Assembly (NCBI GenBank): GCA_038230955.1
Contig: JBBRMG010000003.1
Span: forward strand, 1 to 57,684
Length of the DNA stretch: 57,684 nt
Direction of reading: 5' to 3'
Origin: Candidatus Doudnabacteria bacterium
GTDB taxonomy: Bacteria; Patescibacteriota; Doudnabacteria; UBA920
Shown: positions 30,501 through 40,054 of the stretch, one piece after another
Numbering within the stretch: position 1 is the first letter of the stretch
Layout: each line of letters begins with the position of its first letter
Made by a program: the position numbers and the translations under genes
The notes under the pieces: generated by a model
The model's database searches: none
The model's input: the letters and a program-made list of their open reading frames with translations, nothing else
What the model was told of the DNA's origin: nothing

Positions 30501-32549
30501 CTTATTGTGGATGAAGTGCACAAGCTAAAAAACATTAGTTCAGGTATCCGCTCCACACATTTATTAGATTTGGCTAGTAAAATCGAAGGTAAAGATAAAT
30601 ACCTAGCTTTACTATCGGGTACGCCAATACCAAATAAAGTTGAGGATATTGCAATTACTCTCAAGTTACTGTATCCAGAAGAGTTTGAACATATGCCAAA
30701 TAAAACTCTCGTAAAGAGAATCATTCATAGCGATTCCATTGATTTGCGTACTAAATTGCTCCCAAGAATGGAAATGAAAAAATTAGCAGAAAGCGTCGAA
30801 ATGCCGTCACTGGAAGAAAATATTATCAGTCCGGAGCTGTCAGAGATTGAGCAATCTATCTATGAAATGTTACTGGAAGAAGATGAGATAGAGTCAACTG
30901 AAAAAATTAGAATTTTACGTCAGTTTTTACTTAACCCCGAATTATTAGACGCTACCCCAAATATTGAAAGTTCCAAGAGAACTGCTGTAGGTGAATCATT
31001 GCGAAAAACTTTTGAAGAAAAAGATAAAGTAGTCATGTTTGTGAATGGTTATATTTCAAATGTGATCAAGGGGGAGAAAAATATTATCCATCAGCTAAAT
31101 CTTCCTCTGGATGTAGACGTGAGAGTTATTCACGGGAATATTAGCATTACCGAAAGGGCAGCTATCCAAAAAGAGCTAAAGGACTCTGAAAATAAAATTT
31201 TGCTTTTGGTTAGCGGGCAAACTGCAGACGTTGGAGTTGATTTCTCTGGGGGACAAAGCGTTTATTTCTATAACGAGCCCTGGACTCGGTATGAGCAAAA
31301 ACAAGAGCTTGGTAGAGTCTATCGCCCAGGTTTAAGTGAAGATTTAGAAAGTAAAACCTTCATTACTAAAAATACTATTGAGGAAGGCATTCATTTGTAT
31401 ATTCAAGCAAAAGAACAGGCTATTGAGAAGTTACTCCGAGGATTACCAAGGTCTGAGATCGAGAATCGATTACTAGATGAAAGTGAAAAACAGACTGATC
31501 CAAATCTAGAAGTCAACCCAGAATTGGCTCGATATTATTTTTCCGATTGGGATAAAATGGCTAAGATTTTTGCACATATTAAAGAAATTGGTCAAGAAAA
31601 CTTTATGCAGTTCTTGGCCGATTTCGGCAAAGATTATGCCAGTTGTTATTTAAATTTAGGCAGTCGCAGTTACCATGCAAATGCTAATAGAGTTTCTGGA
31701 ACAATAATAGACGAGCTTGCAAAAAAATCTCAGCAGAATCCAGAAGACCTTCTCATCCTAGATATTGCTTCAGGACCAGAAATGCTAAAGAAACATATAC
31801 CGACTCAATATCAAAGTAAAATTACGAGCATGGATGTTAATAAGGAACATTTTAAGGGCGAAGGTGATGATAGAGTTGTTGGTAGTTTCCAAAAACTACC
31901 ATTTGCCGATCGATCGGTAGATTATGCTAACTTTGCTTTGGCGTTGCATTATACCCAATTTATCCCAAGCAGAAATAATTATGAAAGATTAGAAACTCTT
32001 CTAGAACTCAATAGAGTTTTGAAAATCGGCGGGAAGGCAGTCCTGAATATGATTTATAGCATAGATTTTAAGGACGGAAATAAGTTGCGGAATTCCTTGG
32101 AGGCAATTGGCTTAAAAATCAAAGATGAATACAGCGGCGAGGTACAGGTTGGTAAAAATTATAAATCAAAGATTTTAACATTAGAGAAAACCGAACACCT
32201 TAACGAATCGTTAGAAGACATGGTCGATAAAATCGGTAAAGATGATTTAGATGGATTGAAGTTCGTTGGCAATAAATCAAGTGTCAGGGATACGAGGAAA
32301 ATTATCGAACAGTTTGAATTAGGTGGTAAGCAATTTAAGATTGATTTTAATGAAGAAGATAAGCAAGTGCTGGCTGAAGAACAAGAAATCACTCGACAAG
32401 GCGAAACTCTAAAACTTCAATATGGCAGTATCCAGGATATCAATAAAGAAGATATCATTTCTAATGGATTTACTCGAATTTTAATTAAAGATAAGTACAT
32501 ATTATTTAAAAAACTTGAAAAAGGCACTGGGGTTGTAGTAATTAAATAG
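27519..32549 (+). CDS. 1676-aa protein: ten ~64-aa tandem repeats, SNF2-family ATPase/helicase, C-terminal class I SAM-dependent methyltransferase-like domain
   Basis: Repeats at aa ~47-687; motif I LADEMGVGKS (aa 890), II IVDEVH, III LSGTP, VI QELGRVYRPG (aa 1262); MTase-like LDIASGPE (aa 1414), SMDVN, LPFADRSVDY. Confidence 0.88.
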   Translation: MPEKFKPTPEELGIKENLAENEKSFDVVELNTETSIEVSKKDKKPIGYWTDVSEEELIKEIESRGLDPKNLPSTSILNEVNSSLVGGLNKRYGSLTKARKALGGKVIKLEPGYWKNMSEEELIDEMKSRGLDPKNLPSQAEMNVHNGDLLGGLTKRYGTVNKARLALGSEIIQRARGYWNNLSEEGMIQEIKSRGLDPKDLPKTSILEENYSDLLSGLIIRFGKLNDAREALGGRIINKAPGYWKNMSEEDLIADIKARGLDTKNLPLWPELAKDHPDLAYGLSSKFGGMTNAREKLGGILKIKPKGYWQNISLEDLVQEIQSRGLDPKDLPSGDTLRNDNPDLMGGLQSRFGSFNRAREALGSEITQRSQGYWKNLSEEDLITYIKSRGLDPKNLPTYLDLKNHKGLLQGLQKRFGSLQEARIKLGGEPLLWLPGHWRNISIEDLKAHIKKKGFDPENLPSNLAKENPALTHILRTRFGDMASARIELGGEKVKRPRGYWKNLSIENLIQEIESRGLDPKNLPGTHELDSDLAVGLAQRYGSFTEARTAVGGEVLKRRGGYWKSINEEKLKLEILERGLDPHNLPSYKILRDTHSDLVAGLTQRYGSFPRAREMLGGRKLKNEAGYWNNISEEELEKEIRGRGLDPKNLPATEEFQIKHSGLLAGLRQRFGTLNEAREALGGVVSATYSKNRVDRIMGHLQEKVVEVAKGETVEAKEIQDLINIFGNANCLDILYKFHPEYHKLPTGRVKSILADYLGEFLSSSIPLNLESIPNRGLELLENHTFQDSLIEIIKNDALSSFNKKKKTDFSASPQLIMTEYLDNLRNIGIKYNNTDLSSVIQTVESYYDSLYELSKPENIVDFVDQGRRFPEFYQQINIKEIADKKKILLADEMGVGKSASAILAKEYMNVRQALIVAPNNVIETWRNYLLDKIGEDGKQIGYFKEGNAPKVLIVNNLNSLEDKDRNDYEYILISQEKLNKKYTQKLSSLDYEMLIVDEVHKLKNISSGIRSTHLLDLASKIEGKDKYLALLSGTPIPNKVEDIAITLKLLYPEEFEHMPNKTLVKRIIHSDSIDLRTKLLPRMEMKKLAESVEMPSLEENIISPELSEIEQSIYEMLLEEDEIESTEKIRILRQFLLNPELLDATPNIESSKRTAVGESLRKTFEEKDKVVMFVNGYISNVIKGEKNIIHQLNLPLDVDVRVIHGNISITERAAIQKELKDSENKILLLVSGQTADVGVDFSGGQSVYFYNEPWTRYEQKQELGRVYRPGLSEDLESKTFITKNTIEEGIHLYIQAKEQAIEKLLRGLPRSEIENRLLDESEKQTDPNLEVNPELARYYFSDWDKMAKIFAHIKEIGQENFMQFLADFGKDYASCYLNLGSRSYHANANRVSGTIIDELAKKSQQNPEDLLILDIASGPEMLKKHIPTQYQSKITSMDVNKEHFKGEGDDRVVGSFQKLPFADRSVDYANFALALHYTQFIPSRNNYERLETLLELNRVLKIGGKAVLNMIYSIDFKDGNKLRNSLEAIGLKIKDEYSGEVQVGKNYKSKILTLEKTEHLNESLEDMVDKIGKDDLDGLKFVGNKSSVRDTRKIIEQFELGGKQFKIDFNEEDKQVLAEEQEITRQGETLKLQYGSIQDINKEDIISNGFTRILIKDKYILFKKLEKGTGVVVIK
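27657..29580 (+). repeat. Coding tandem repeat: 10 units of about 62-65 aa
   Basis: Consensus G(Y/H)WkNxSeEdLixeIxsRGLDPKnLP-x(8-12)-LxxGLxxRFGsxxxARxxLGG, counted ten times. Confidence 0.93.
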
Positions 32550-32704
32550 AAAATTCTAAGGATTGCGATTGCAAAATAGTCCTACCTTCCTCTAAACACC
32601 TCGCCATAAATTCCCCACATGTAGTAATCCACAGGTAAGTGCCTGTCAGGGTATGCTATACTAATTGAGGCAGTAAGCCACTTATAATCTATATAAGTTT
32701 CAAG

Positions 32705-32732
32705 AACAAGGCTTCTAGAGGGCCTTGTTTTT
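32705..32732 (+). terminator. Intrinsic terminator
   Basis: AACAAGGC...GCCTTGTT followed by a T-tract. Confidence 0.65.
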
Positions 32733-32805
32733 GGTTTGCGGAAAAGCCGCGCTCAGGCAATTTTGAGGTGGCTTTTGGGTCTGCAAATTGGTATACTACA
32801 TCTAT

Positions 32806-33837
32806 ATGAATACCGTTTTATATATCATATTAGCTTTGTTAGCCTTGGGCTTTGCAGTATTACTTTATATACTCCTGGACTTAAAACGAAGCGCCGCAAA
32901 ACCCCAAGACAACGAGTCGCTCCAAGTCATGATGGAGTGGATGAAAGACATCAAGGCTGGGACCGAAGCTACTCGCGTTGGTATGCAGGCCAGTATTAAT
33001 GATACCAACAAGCAAATTAACGACCGACTGACGGAAGCCGCAAAAGTCATTGGTGGATTGCAAGGCAAGCTTGGGGAGATGTCTCAAATTGGCCCCGACA
33101 TCCGCCGCTTGTCGGAAGTATTAGCATCACCAAAAGCCCGAGGTAATTTTGGGGAAGAGATGCTCGAAAACATGTTAGCCCAAGTTTTGAATAAGACAGC
33201 CTATCAATCTCAATACAAATTTAAAAATGGCGAGATTGTGGATATGGCCGTGTTTGTCGGGGACAAGATTTTATCTATAGACAGCAAATTTTCGATGGAG
33301 AACTTCCGTCTATATAAAGAAGCCAAGGAAGACGAAGCAGCCGAGAATTTAAAAAAAGCATTTTTGCGCGACATTCGCAAACGGATTGATGAAATCCATA
33401 AAAAGTATATTTTACCCCAGGAGCGAACTTTTGACTTTGCATTAATGTATATTCCCAGCGAAGGTGTATTTCATGAGGCATTGGAAGATTCCGCCACCAT
33501 CGAATACGCCCGTAACAAAAAAGTTTATTTAGTCAGCCCCAATACGCTGTACCATCATTTGCAAATTATTTTAATCGCACTAAGGGGACAGCAAGTCAAT
33601 GTGGTTGCGGAGAAGTTACTTCACATGGTCAGCGGTATTAAACAAGAGAGTGACAAGTTTGGCCGCAATCTTGGAGTACTATCGAATCATATCAAAAACG
33701 CTAGCAACACAATGGGCACAGTCAGCAATGATTTTAGCAAATTAGAAAGCAGTATTAGCAACGCTGCAACATTACAAATGGAAGAAGTAGAATTAAGCGA
33801 ACAGCAGTTACTTGAAGCTAAGAAATTAATAGAGTAA
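32806..33837 (+). CDS. rmuC: DNA recombination protein RmuC
   Basis: PKARGNFGEEML, IDSKFS, FALMYIPSEG, VSPNTL; N-terminal TM; ATG 32806 preferred. Confidence 0.93.
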   Translation: MNTVLYIILALLALGFAVLLYILLDLKRSAAKPQDNESLQVMMEWMKDIKAGTEATRVGMQASINDTNKQINDRLTEAAKVIGGLQGKLGEMSQIGPDIRRLSEVLASPKARGNFGEEMLENMLAQVLNKTAYQSQYKFKNGEIVDMAVFVGDKILSIDSKFSMENFRLYKEAKEDEAAENLKKAFLRDIRKRIDEIHKKYILPQERTFDFALMYIPSEGVFHEALEDSATIEYARNKKVYLVSPNTLYHHLQIILIALRGQQVNVVAEKLLHMVSGIKQESDKFGRNLGVLSNHIKNASNTMGTVSNDFSKLESSISNAATLQMEEVELSEQQLLEAKKLIE

Positions 33838-33840
33838 AAT

Positions 33841-34467
33841 ATGTCAATTAGAAACCCAGATCAGCGCGTCGGCGTATTCGTCGATGTGCAAAACCTTTAC
33901 TACTCAGCGCGCAATATTTATAACTCTCGCGTCAATTTTAACGAAGTCTTGCAAGCCGCAGTAGCCGGGCGGAAACTTATTCGAGCCATCGCCTATGTGG
34001 TCAAAGCTGATATGCCCGAGGAACAAAGCTTTTTTGATGCTTTGGAAAAAGCTGGCTTTGAAGTCAAAGCAAAGGACTTGCAGACATTCGCCGGTGGTCA
34101 CCAGAAAGGTGACTGGGATGTCGGCATTGCTATGGATATTATCAAACAGATGAACAAATTAGATGTCGTTGTTCTAGCCAGTGGCGACGGAGACTTTATT
34201 CCACTGCATGAGTATCTTCAAATGACCGGTCAGCTCACGGAGACTATTGCTTTTGGCAAGTCTTGTAGCGGCAAAGTGAAAGAATTAACAGATCATTTTA
34301 TTGATTTAGACGAAAATCCTAAAGCATTTTTGATGCCAATTAAAGGTGCTGGGCGACAAACCGTTCCATCGACTAGTCGAGGTCGCTCCGACAGTACCAG
34401 CCGCCCTGCTTCTGCTAGTCGTGATTCTTCCGACACAGCCACCAAGCGAACCAATACATACTTATAA
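33841..34467 (+). CDS. NYN-domain protein (LabA/DUF88, PIN-like fold)
   Basis: VFVDVQNLY, KGDWDVGIAMD, LASGDGDF. Confidence 0.9.
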   Translation: MSIRNPDQRVGVFVDVQNLYYSARNIYNSRVNFNEVLQAAVAGRKLIRAIAYVVKADMPEEQSFFDALEKAGFEVKAKDLQTFAGGHQKGDWDVGIAMDIIKQMNKLDVVVLASGDGDFIPLHEYLQMTGQLTETIAFGKSCSGKVKELTDHFIDLDENPKAFLMPIKGAGRQTVPSTSRGRSDSTSRPASASRDSSDTATKRTNTYL

Positions 34468-34468
34468 C

Positions 34469-34912
34469 ATGCGCGTAGTTTTAGATACAAATGTTTTAAT
34501 TGACGGCTTTAAAGACGACAATTCGTACGAAAAACGAATTATTGATGAAGTTATTGCTGGTAATATTGAAGCCTATGCCAACCGGCAAACCATGCAAGAA
34601 AATCGACTCATTTTAAGCCAAATTATTGAAAGTCCGGAGTACGTAGACCAGATGAATGACTTTTTTAGCCAGCTTAATTATGTCGTGAACCGGCGGCAGA
34701 TTAATATTGTTCGCGACCCCGAAGACAACAAAATTTTGGAAAGCGCGGTGGAAGCCGATGCAGCATACTTAATTACTCGGGACAACGATCTATTACGCAT
34801 TGAGTCATATGACAAAATAAAAATTGTGAACCCCAGTGAATTTTGGGTGAAGTACAAAGACGATGGCGAAGATACTTGGAAACAATGGGCTGGGTTTATT
34901 CGCAGCCAATAA
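34469..34912 (+). CDS. PIN-domain protein (putative toxin-component family)
   Basis: MRVVLDTNVL, RDPEDNKILESA, YLITRDNDLL; start placed at ATG 34469. Confidence 0.88.
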   Translation: MRVVLDTNVLIDGFKDDNSYEKRIIDEVIAGNIEAYANRQTMQENRLILSQIIESPEYVDQMNDFFSQLNYVVNRRQINIVRDPEDNKILESAVEADAAYLITRDNDLLRIESYDKIKIVNPSEFWVKYKDDGEDTWKQWAGFIRSQ

Positions 34913-34926
34913 CTTTTATATAAAAC

Positions 34927-37809
34927 ATGGCCGCTCCGCTCGATAGTTTGAATAAACAACAACTCCAGGCCGTCACTCATACAGACGGACCACTGCTTAT
35001 TATCGCCGGGGCGGGCACTGGTAAAACCACTGTGGTGGTCAATCGCATAGCGCATCTCATTGAACAAGGTTTAGCTAAGCCTGAGGAAATTTTAGCCCTG
35101 ACATTTACCGATAAAGCCGCGAGTGAGATGGAAGAACGCCTAGATATACTACTGCCGCTAGGCAATTATGATTTATGGATTTCCACCTTTCATAGTTTTT
35201 GCGAACGCATTTTAAAGCAACACGCCCTCGACATTGGCATTCCTAACGACTTTAAACTTTTAAATGACGTCCGCCAATGGGTCTTAGTGTTTAATAATTT
35301 CGATAAATTTAATTTAAATTATTACCGCCCACTAGGCAGTCCCAATAAATTTATTAGCGCTTTAGTCAAACACTTTTCCAAGTGCAAGGATGAAATGATC
35401 ACGCCAGAGCAATATCTGAAATACGCTAACGATATGCGAGCGCAGTTCAATGGCAATAAACAGGGGGGCAAGGACACAGAAAATGATATTGTTGAAATCA
35501 ATCGAATTGAGGAAATAGCAAAAGCTTATGAAACATACCAACAACTCCTTCTCGACAACGAATATTTGGATTTTGGCGATTTAATCAACTACACCATGCG
35601 GCTATTTGAACAAAGGCCGAATATTCTAAAGTATTACCAAAAACATTTTAAATTTATTATGGTGGATGAATTCCAAGACACCAACTTTGCCCAGTATCAA
35701 TTAGTAAAAATGCTAGCCGGTTGCACCGATAAAACCAATGCGCACAATATAGTAGTAGTGGGGGACGACGACCAATCTATTTACAAATTCCGTGGAGCAT
35801 CGGTGTCTAACATTTTAAAGTTTAAAAAAGAATTTAACAATGTAAAGGAAGTAACCTTAATTGAAAATTACCGCAGCAGTCAAAACATTCTCGATTTAGC
35901 CTATGAATTTATTCAAGCCAATAATCCCGACCGACTAGAGCCCGAGCTAGGTATAAATAAAAAGCTGCACAGTAACCTGAAAGACGAGGGAGTTATTCGG
36001 GTTTTGGAAGGTAAAGACTTAAGCGAAGAACTTGATTTGGTGGTGAAAAAAGCCCAGGAGCTCAGAAAAACAGACATCGGATCAACTTGGAATGATTTTG
36101 CTATTCTTATCCGCGCTAACTCAGCGGCTGACTCATTACTGCCAAGACTTGAATCTGCCGGAATTACTTACAGTTTTGTGTCCAACCGTGGATTATACAA
36201 AAAGCCTCTAATTTACGACATTATTTCATACATGCGCCTATTGGATAATTATCACTCATCCGATGCACTTTTTAGAACTATGCGCTTACCAAAGTTTGCA
36301 CTATCCACTCGCGACATGGCCGCCGTTACTCAAGCCACATACAAAAAAACTTGGTCCCTTTATGATGCGTTGGTAAACATTCGCGAAATTGCAAATCTTT
36401 CTGACGATAGCTACACAAAAGCCGAGAGCTTAATTGAACAACTACATAAGCACAGTGAACTAGCGAGTGAGCGCTCTATTATTGAGTTATTTGTTACTAT
36501 CATTGATGACCTAGGCATACCTGAGGGGTTACAAACTGACACGCTACAAAATTTCCAAAACCGGGATATGCTGGATCAATTCTACAAACGAATTGAAGAT
36601 TTTGAAGACCAAAACGACGACAAAACTTTGCGCAATTTTATTCATACTCTGGACTTAGAAATGTTGGCGGGCGACGAGGGGCCTATTAAATTTGATCCGG
36701 AATTAGGGCCGGAGAGTCTAAGAATAATGACCATTCATTCAGCCAAAGGACTGGAATTCAAATACGTCTTCATTTTAAATATGGTTGACCAACGTTTTCC
36801 CACTCGTGCCCACAAAGACTCAATAGAAATTCCAGAGCCCCTAATTCAAGACATTCTGCCGCAAGGAGATTTTCACATGCAAGAAGAGCGCCGGCTGTTT
36901 TATGTTGGATTAACCCGAGCCAAGTCCCACATCTATTTATCGTGGGCTCAAGATTATGGCGGAGCCAAAACCAAAAAACCATCATCTTTTTTGGTAGAAA
37001 CAAAGCTAGTGCCGAGCGATAAAATTAGTCGAGCCACGGGCAAAGTGGTATTTACTCGAGAGCCGGCCAATAAAAACGCCGTGTACAAACATTTGCCCAC
37101 GGAATTTTCTTTTACCGATATTTCATTATTTAAAAACTGCCCGTTAGAATACAAATATCGCTCTTACTTAAAACTACCAATGCCCGGTAGCGGTCAGCTA
37201 AGCTTTGGAAAAACCATTCACAAAGTATTGCAATTATTTGCTGAGCAATATCAGGTAAGCCCAAACTTACCATTTGCTGTGATTGAACAATTATACGAAA
37301 GCCACTGGATTGATGAATGGTATGCAACCAAGCCAATCAAAGAAAAATACCGCGGCATGGGGCAAGAAATGATCCGCTGTTTTTACGATGACACACTAAA
37401 AACCAAACCCAATATTAAATATATTGAAACTAGTTTCCGGTTGCCATTAGGGGAGTTCTGGTTTAAAGGTAAGGCAGATAGAGCAGACTCTACATTGGAA
37501 GGACTTCAAGTGATTGACTACAAAACAGGGGAAGTGCCCAAAATAAAAAGCGGCGTGGATCAGTTACGCATTTATCAATGGGCGGCTGAAGAAGCTTGGC
37601 ATGAAAAAGTTAACCATCTTGAGTATTGGTATCTCAAAGAAAATCACCGCGCAGAAGTAAAACTAGCCAGTCCGGAAGAAATCGAATCTTTAAAATTAAA
37701 CCTGCTTGCGACAATTGAAGAAATCCGCCATGCCATTGAATTCGACGAATTCGCAATAATTCATGAAAAAACGAAACAACATAGCTGTAAATATGTAGAT
37801 TTACTTTAA
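34927..37809 (+). CDS. UvrD/PcrA-like SF1 helicase fused to a C-terminal PD-(D/E)XK nuclease (AdnAB/AddA-like)
   Basis: AGAGTGKT, VDEFQDTN, VVGDDDQSIYKFRGA, ENYRS, TIHSAKGLEF, EERRLFYVGLTRA; nuclease GKADRAD...IDYKTG. Confidence 0.92.
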   Translation: MAAPLDSLNKQQLQAVTHTDGPLLIIAGAGTGKTTVVVNRIAHLIEQGLAKPEEILALTFTDKAASEMEERLDILLPLGNYDLWISTFHSFCERILKQHALDIGIPNDFKLLNDVRQWVLVFNNFDKFNLNYYRPLGSPNKFISALVKHFSKCKDEMITPEQYLKYANDMRAQFNGNKQGGKDTENDIVEINRIEEIAKAYETYQQLLLDNEYLDFGDLINYTMRLFEQRPNILKYYQKHFKFIMVDEFQDTNFAQYQLVKMLAGCTDKTNAHNIVVVGDDDQSIYKFRGASVSNILKFKKEFNNVKEVTLIENYRSSQNILDLAYEFIQANNPDRLEPELGINKKLHSNLKDEGVIRVLEGKDLSEELDLVVKKAQELRKTDIGSTWNDFAILIRANSAADSLLPRLESAGITYSFVSNRGLYKKPLIYDIISYMRLLDNYHSSDALFRTMRLPKFALSTRDMAAVTQATYKKTWSLYDALVNIREIANLSDDSYTKAESLIEQLHKHSELASERSIIELFVTIIDDLGIPEGLQTDTLQNFQNRDMLDQFYKRIEDFEDQNDDKTLRNFIHTLDLEMLAGDEGPIKFDPELGPESLRIMTIHSAKGLEFKYVFILNMVDQRFPTRAHKDSIEIPEPLIQDILPQGDFHMQEERRLFYVGLTRAKSHIYLSWAQDYGGAKTKKPSSFLVETKLVPSDKISRATGKVVFTREPANKNAVYKHLPTEFSFTDISLFKNCPLEYKYRSYLKLPMPGSGQLSFGKTIHKVLQLFAEQYQVSPNLPFAVIEQLYESHWIDEWYATKPIKEKYRGMGQEMIRCFYDDTLKTKPNIKYIETSFRLPLGEFWFKGKADRADSTLEGLQVIDYKTGEVPKIKSGVDQLRIYQWAAEEAWHEKVNHLEYWYLKENHRAEVKLASPEEIESLKLNLLATIEEIRHAIEFDEFAIIHEKTKQHSCKYVDLL

Positions 37810-38618
37810 ACTTCAAACTTTACCCAGAGGGGTCTGTGGTCTGACACATCTATGTCTTGCTCCACCCCGAAATCGATGAGTTTAACGTCGCGAGTATAAA
37901 TGCCGTCTAAATTCATATGGCCCAGCGGCGATACATGTGTGTAACCACGATGGTTAGACGCAACTTCATAGCCCCGATCCAACAAATGCTTACGCACCAA
38001 CCGACGCTGATTAGAATAAGACACGGGAATACCTCTAGCCGCCCATTTTAGCGGTGCAGTGTTCAAATCACCGGCAAAGATAATCGCATCGACCGGTGTT
38101 TTTTCCAGTGCTTCCAAGGCAGGAGAAATTTGAGTAATCCGATCCTCAGCACTAAGCGGCATGTCCAAATGAATATTGCAAACTCGTATCACTTTGCCAG
38201 CAAGCTCCAAATCTACATACAAAGCAATACGGGATCTTTCCCGAAACATCAGCTTATACTTTGGCAGTGCGACGACCTTATACGTTTTTATTGGGAGGCG
38301 GCTTAAAATAGCCAGTCCATGCGTCCCTTTTTGCTTTCGTATTTGAGCTGGTGCATAAACGCAATGGTAGCCCAAACTCGCTGCCAGTTTCTCAGCGCGT
38401 GATTTTATTTCAACGACGTGATCTTCAACTTCTTGCAGAAGTATGATATCAGCCTTACTCAAATTTTCATTTTGCTCAAATATCGCTTGAATCAGCTCTG
38501 TTTTTTTGCCAAAATGAACATTATACGATACCAGGGTCAATGGCAATGTGGGATTTATTATGTTTTCAGGGAAGACTGTCAGTTTTGGACGTGAAAGGTC
38601 GATTGATAAATTTTCCAT
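37806..38618 (-). CDS. Endonuclease/exonuclease/phosphatase (EEP) family protein
   Basis: SYNVH, LLQEV, GLAILS, AGDLN, LDGIY, SDHRPL. Confidence 0.92.
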   Translation of the reverse strand: MENLSIDLSRPKLTVFPENIINPTLPLTLVSYNVHFGKKTELIQAIFEQNENLSKADIILLQEVEDHVVEIKSRAEKLAASLGYHCVYAPAQIRKQKGTHGLAILSRLPIKTYKVVALPKYKLMFRERSRIALYVDLELAGKVIRVCNIHLDMPLSAEDRITQISPALEALEKTPVDAIIFAGDLNTAPLKWAARGIPVSYSNQRRLVRKHLLDRGYEVASNHRGYTHVSPLGHMNLDGIYTRDVKLIDFGVEQDIDVSDHRPLWVKFEV

Positions 38619-38638
38619 AGACTTAATTATATTGTACT

Positions 38639-40054
38639 ATGGAATATATGCAAACCTCCTTATTCGGCTCCGAAACCAAGCCATCATCAAAAAAAACTCC
38701 TACTAGAAAGAGGGGGGTCGTAAAAAAACGCACCACTGTACCTAAACTTATGGCAACTGAACCTATGGTGGCAGATTCCCCTAAAGACCCCATTGGCATT
38801 AACGACGAACTAGAGAAAATCCTCGGCGTTGGTGAATATTTGGATTATATTAACCACATTCTCAAAGTTACTGAAGATGTAAAAGTGCAAGGCGAAATCT
38901 CTCGTCTCAGTCCTCATCCTACTGGTGTCTATATGACCCTAAAAGATAAGGATGGCGAGGGCGTACTGGACTGTTACATCAATCCCTACACTTTCCAAGG
39001 CCTTGGCATACAACTGGAAGAAGGAATGGAAGTAAAACTGACCGGCACGCCCGGAATATTTAAACGGCGTAGTCAGCTATCATTCAAAGTAGAAAACGTC
39101 GAGCTCACTGGCGAGGGAAGTTTAAAAAAAGCTTATGAATTACTTAAGGCTAAATTAGAGCAAGAAGGTTTATTTGACCGAAAACGAGAATTACCAGAAT
39201 TCATTCACTCTATTGGTGTCATAACTTCTAAAACTGGTGCTGTCATAGATGATTTCCGTCACAACCTTGAAAAACGAGGATTCAAACTATACTTCAAAGA
39301 TTGCCGGGTAGAGGGTGCTCAGTCAGTCAGTCAAATCAGCGCGGCTATAAAAAACTTTAACATCAATTATCCTGATTTGGATTGCTTGGTAGTCATGCGG
39401 GGCGGCGGCAGTCTGGAAGACATGCAAGCTTTTAATAACGAGGGGATAGTGAAAGAAGTTTTCGCTTCGCGCATACCAGTAATAGCTGCTATTGGCCATG
39501 ACCGCGATGTGCCCCTAGCGTGCCTAGCCGCTGATAAGTTTACCTCAACACCCACGGCAGCAGCGGTCTTAATTAATTCTTCTTGGGCGCGATTGCAAAC
39601 TGAATTACCAGAACTCCAAAACAGTTTAACTCAACAGTTTGAAAATGCTTTGCATTCTCAGCGCAATCGCCTCGCCAACATAACGCACAAACTGACTGGG
39701 AGTTTCAATGCCATATTCCAAAGGTTTCGTTATTTATCAGAAAAAATCTTACGCGGGGCCGGGCAAGTAGAAACAGGGGTGATAGAAATCAAGCAACGGG
39801 CGATATCGACACTCAACCACTCCCTAGTAGCGTTAGAAAGACAGCTGCAAAAATATGGGGAGCAGGTAGTCAGTGCCGGAAAATTGCTGGCTACCGCCAA
39901 TCCGGAGCGCAATCTAAAACTGGGCTACTCCTTAGCTTACAATAGCGCCGGTAAAATTATTAGATCGGCCAGTAGTGTGGCAAAAGGGTCACATATTAAG
40001 GTACAATTACACAAAGGCAGTATGGACGCGGAAATTATTAATATTGAACAATAA
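38639..40054 (+). CDS. xseA: Exodeoxyribonuclease VII large subunit
   Basis: VQGEIS, LFDRKRELP, MRGGGSLED, AIGHDRD, TPTAAA, LKLGYS. Confidence 0.95.
   Translation: MEYMQTSLFGSETKPSSKKTPTRKRGVVKKRTTVPKLMATEPMVADSPKDPIGINDELEKILGVGEYLDYINHILKVTEDVKVQGEISRLSPHPTGVYMTLKDKDGEGVLDCYINPYTFQGLGIQLEEGMEVKLTGTPGIFKRRSQLSFKVENVELTGEGSLKKAYELLKAKLEQEGLFDRKRELPEFIHSIGVITSKTGAVIDDFRHNLEKRGFKLYFKDCRVEGAQSVSQISAAIKNFNINYPDLDCLVVMRGGGSLEDMQAFNNEGIVKEVFASRIPVIAAIGHDRDVPLACLAADKFTSTPTAAAVLINSSWARLQTELPELQNSLTQQFENALHSQRNRLANITHKLTGSFNAIFQRFRYLSEKILRGAGQVETGVIEIKQRAISTLNHSLVALERQLQKYGEQVVSAGKLLATANPERNLKLGYSLAYNSAGKIIRSASSVAKGSHIKVQLHKGSMDAEIINIEQ

Noticed and set aside
27519-32549. Calling the giant protein a Type I/III/IIG restriction-modification enzyme
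   Set aside because: No NPPY/DPPY/PC motif, no recognisable nuclease motif and no partner subunits.
32611-32633. Two DnaA-box-like 9-mers (TTCCCCACA, TAATCCACA) as oriC
   Set aside because: Only two degenerate boxes, no dnaA/dnaN nearby and no clear unwinding element.
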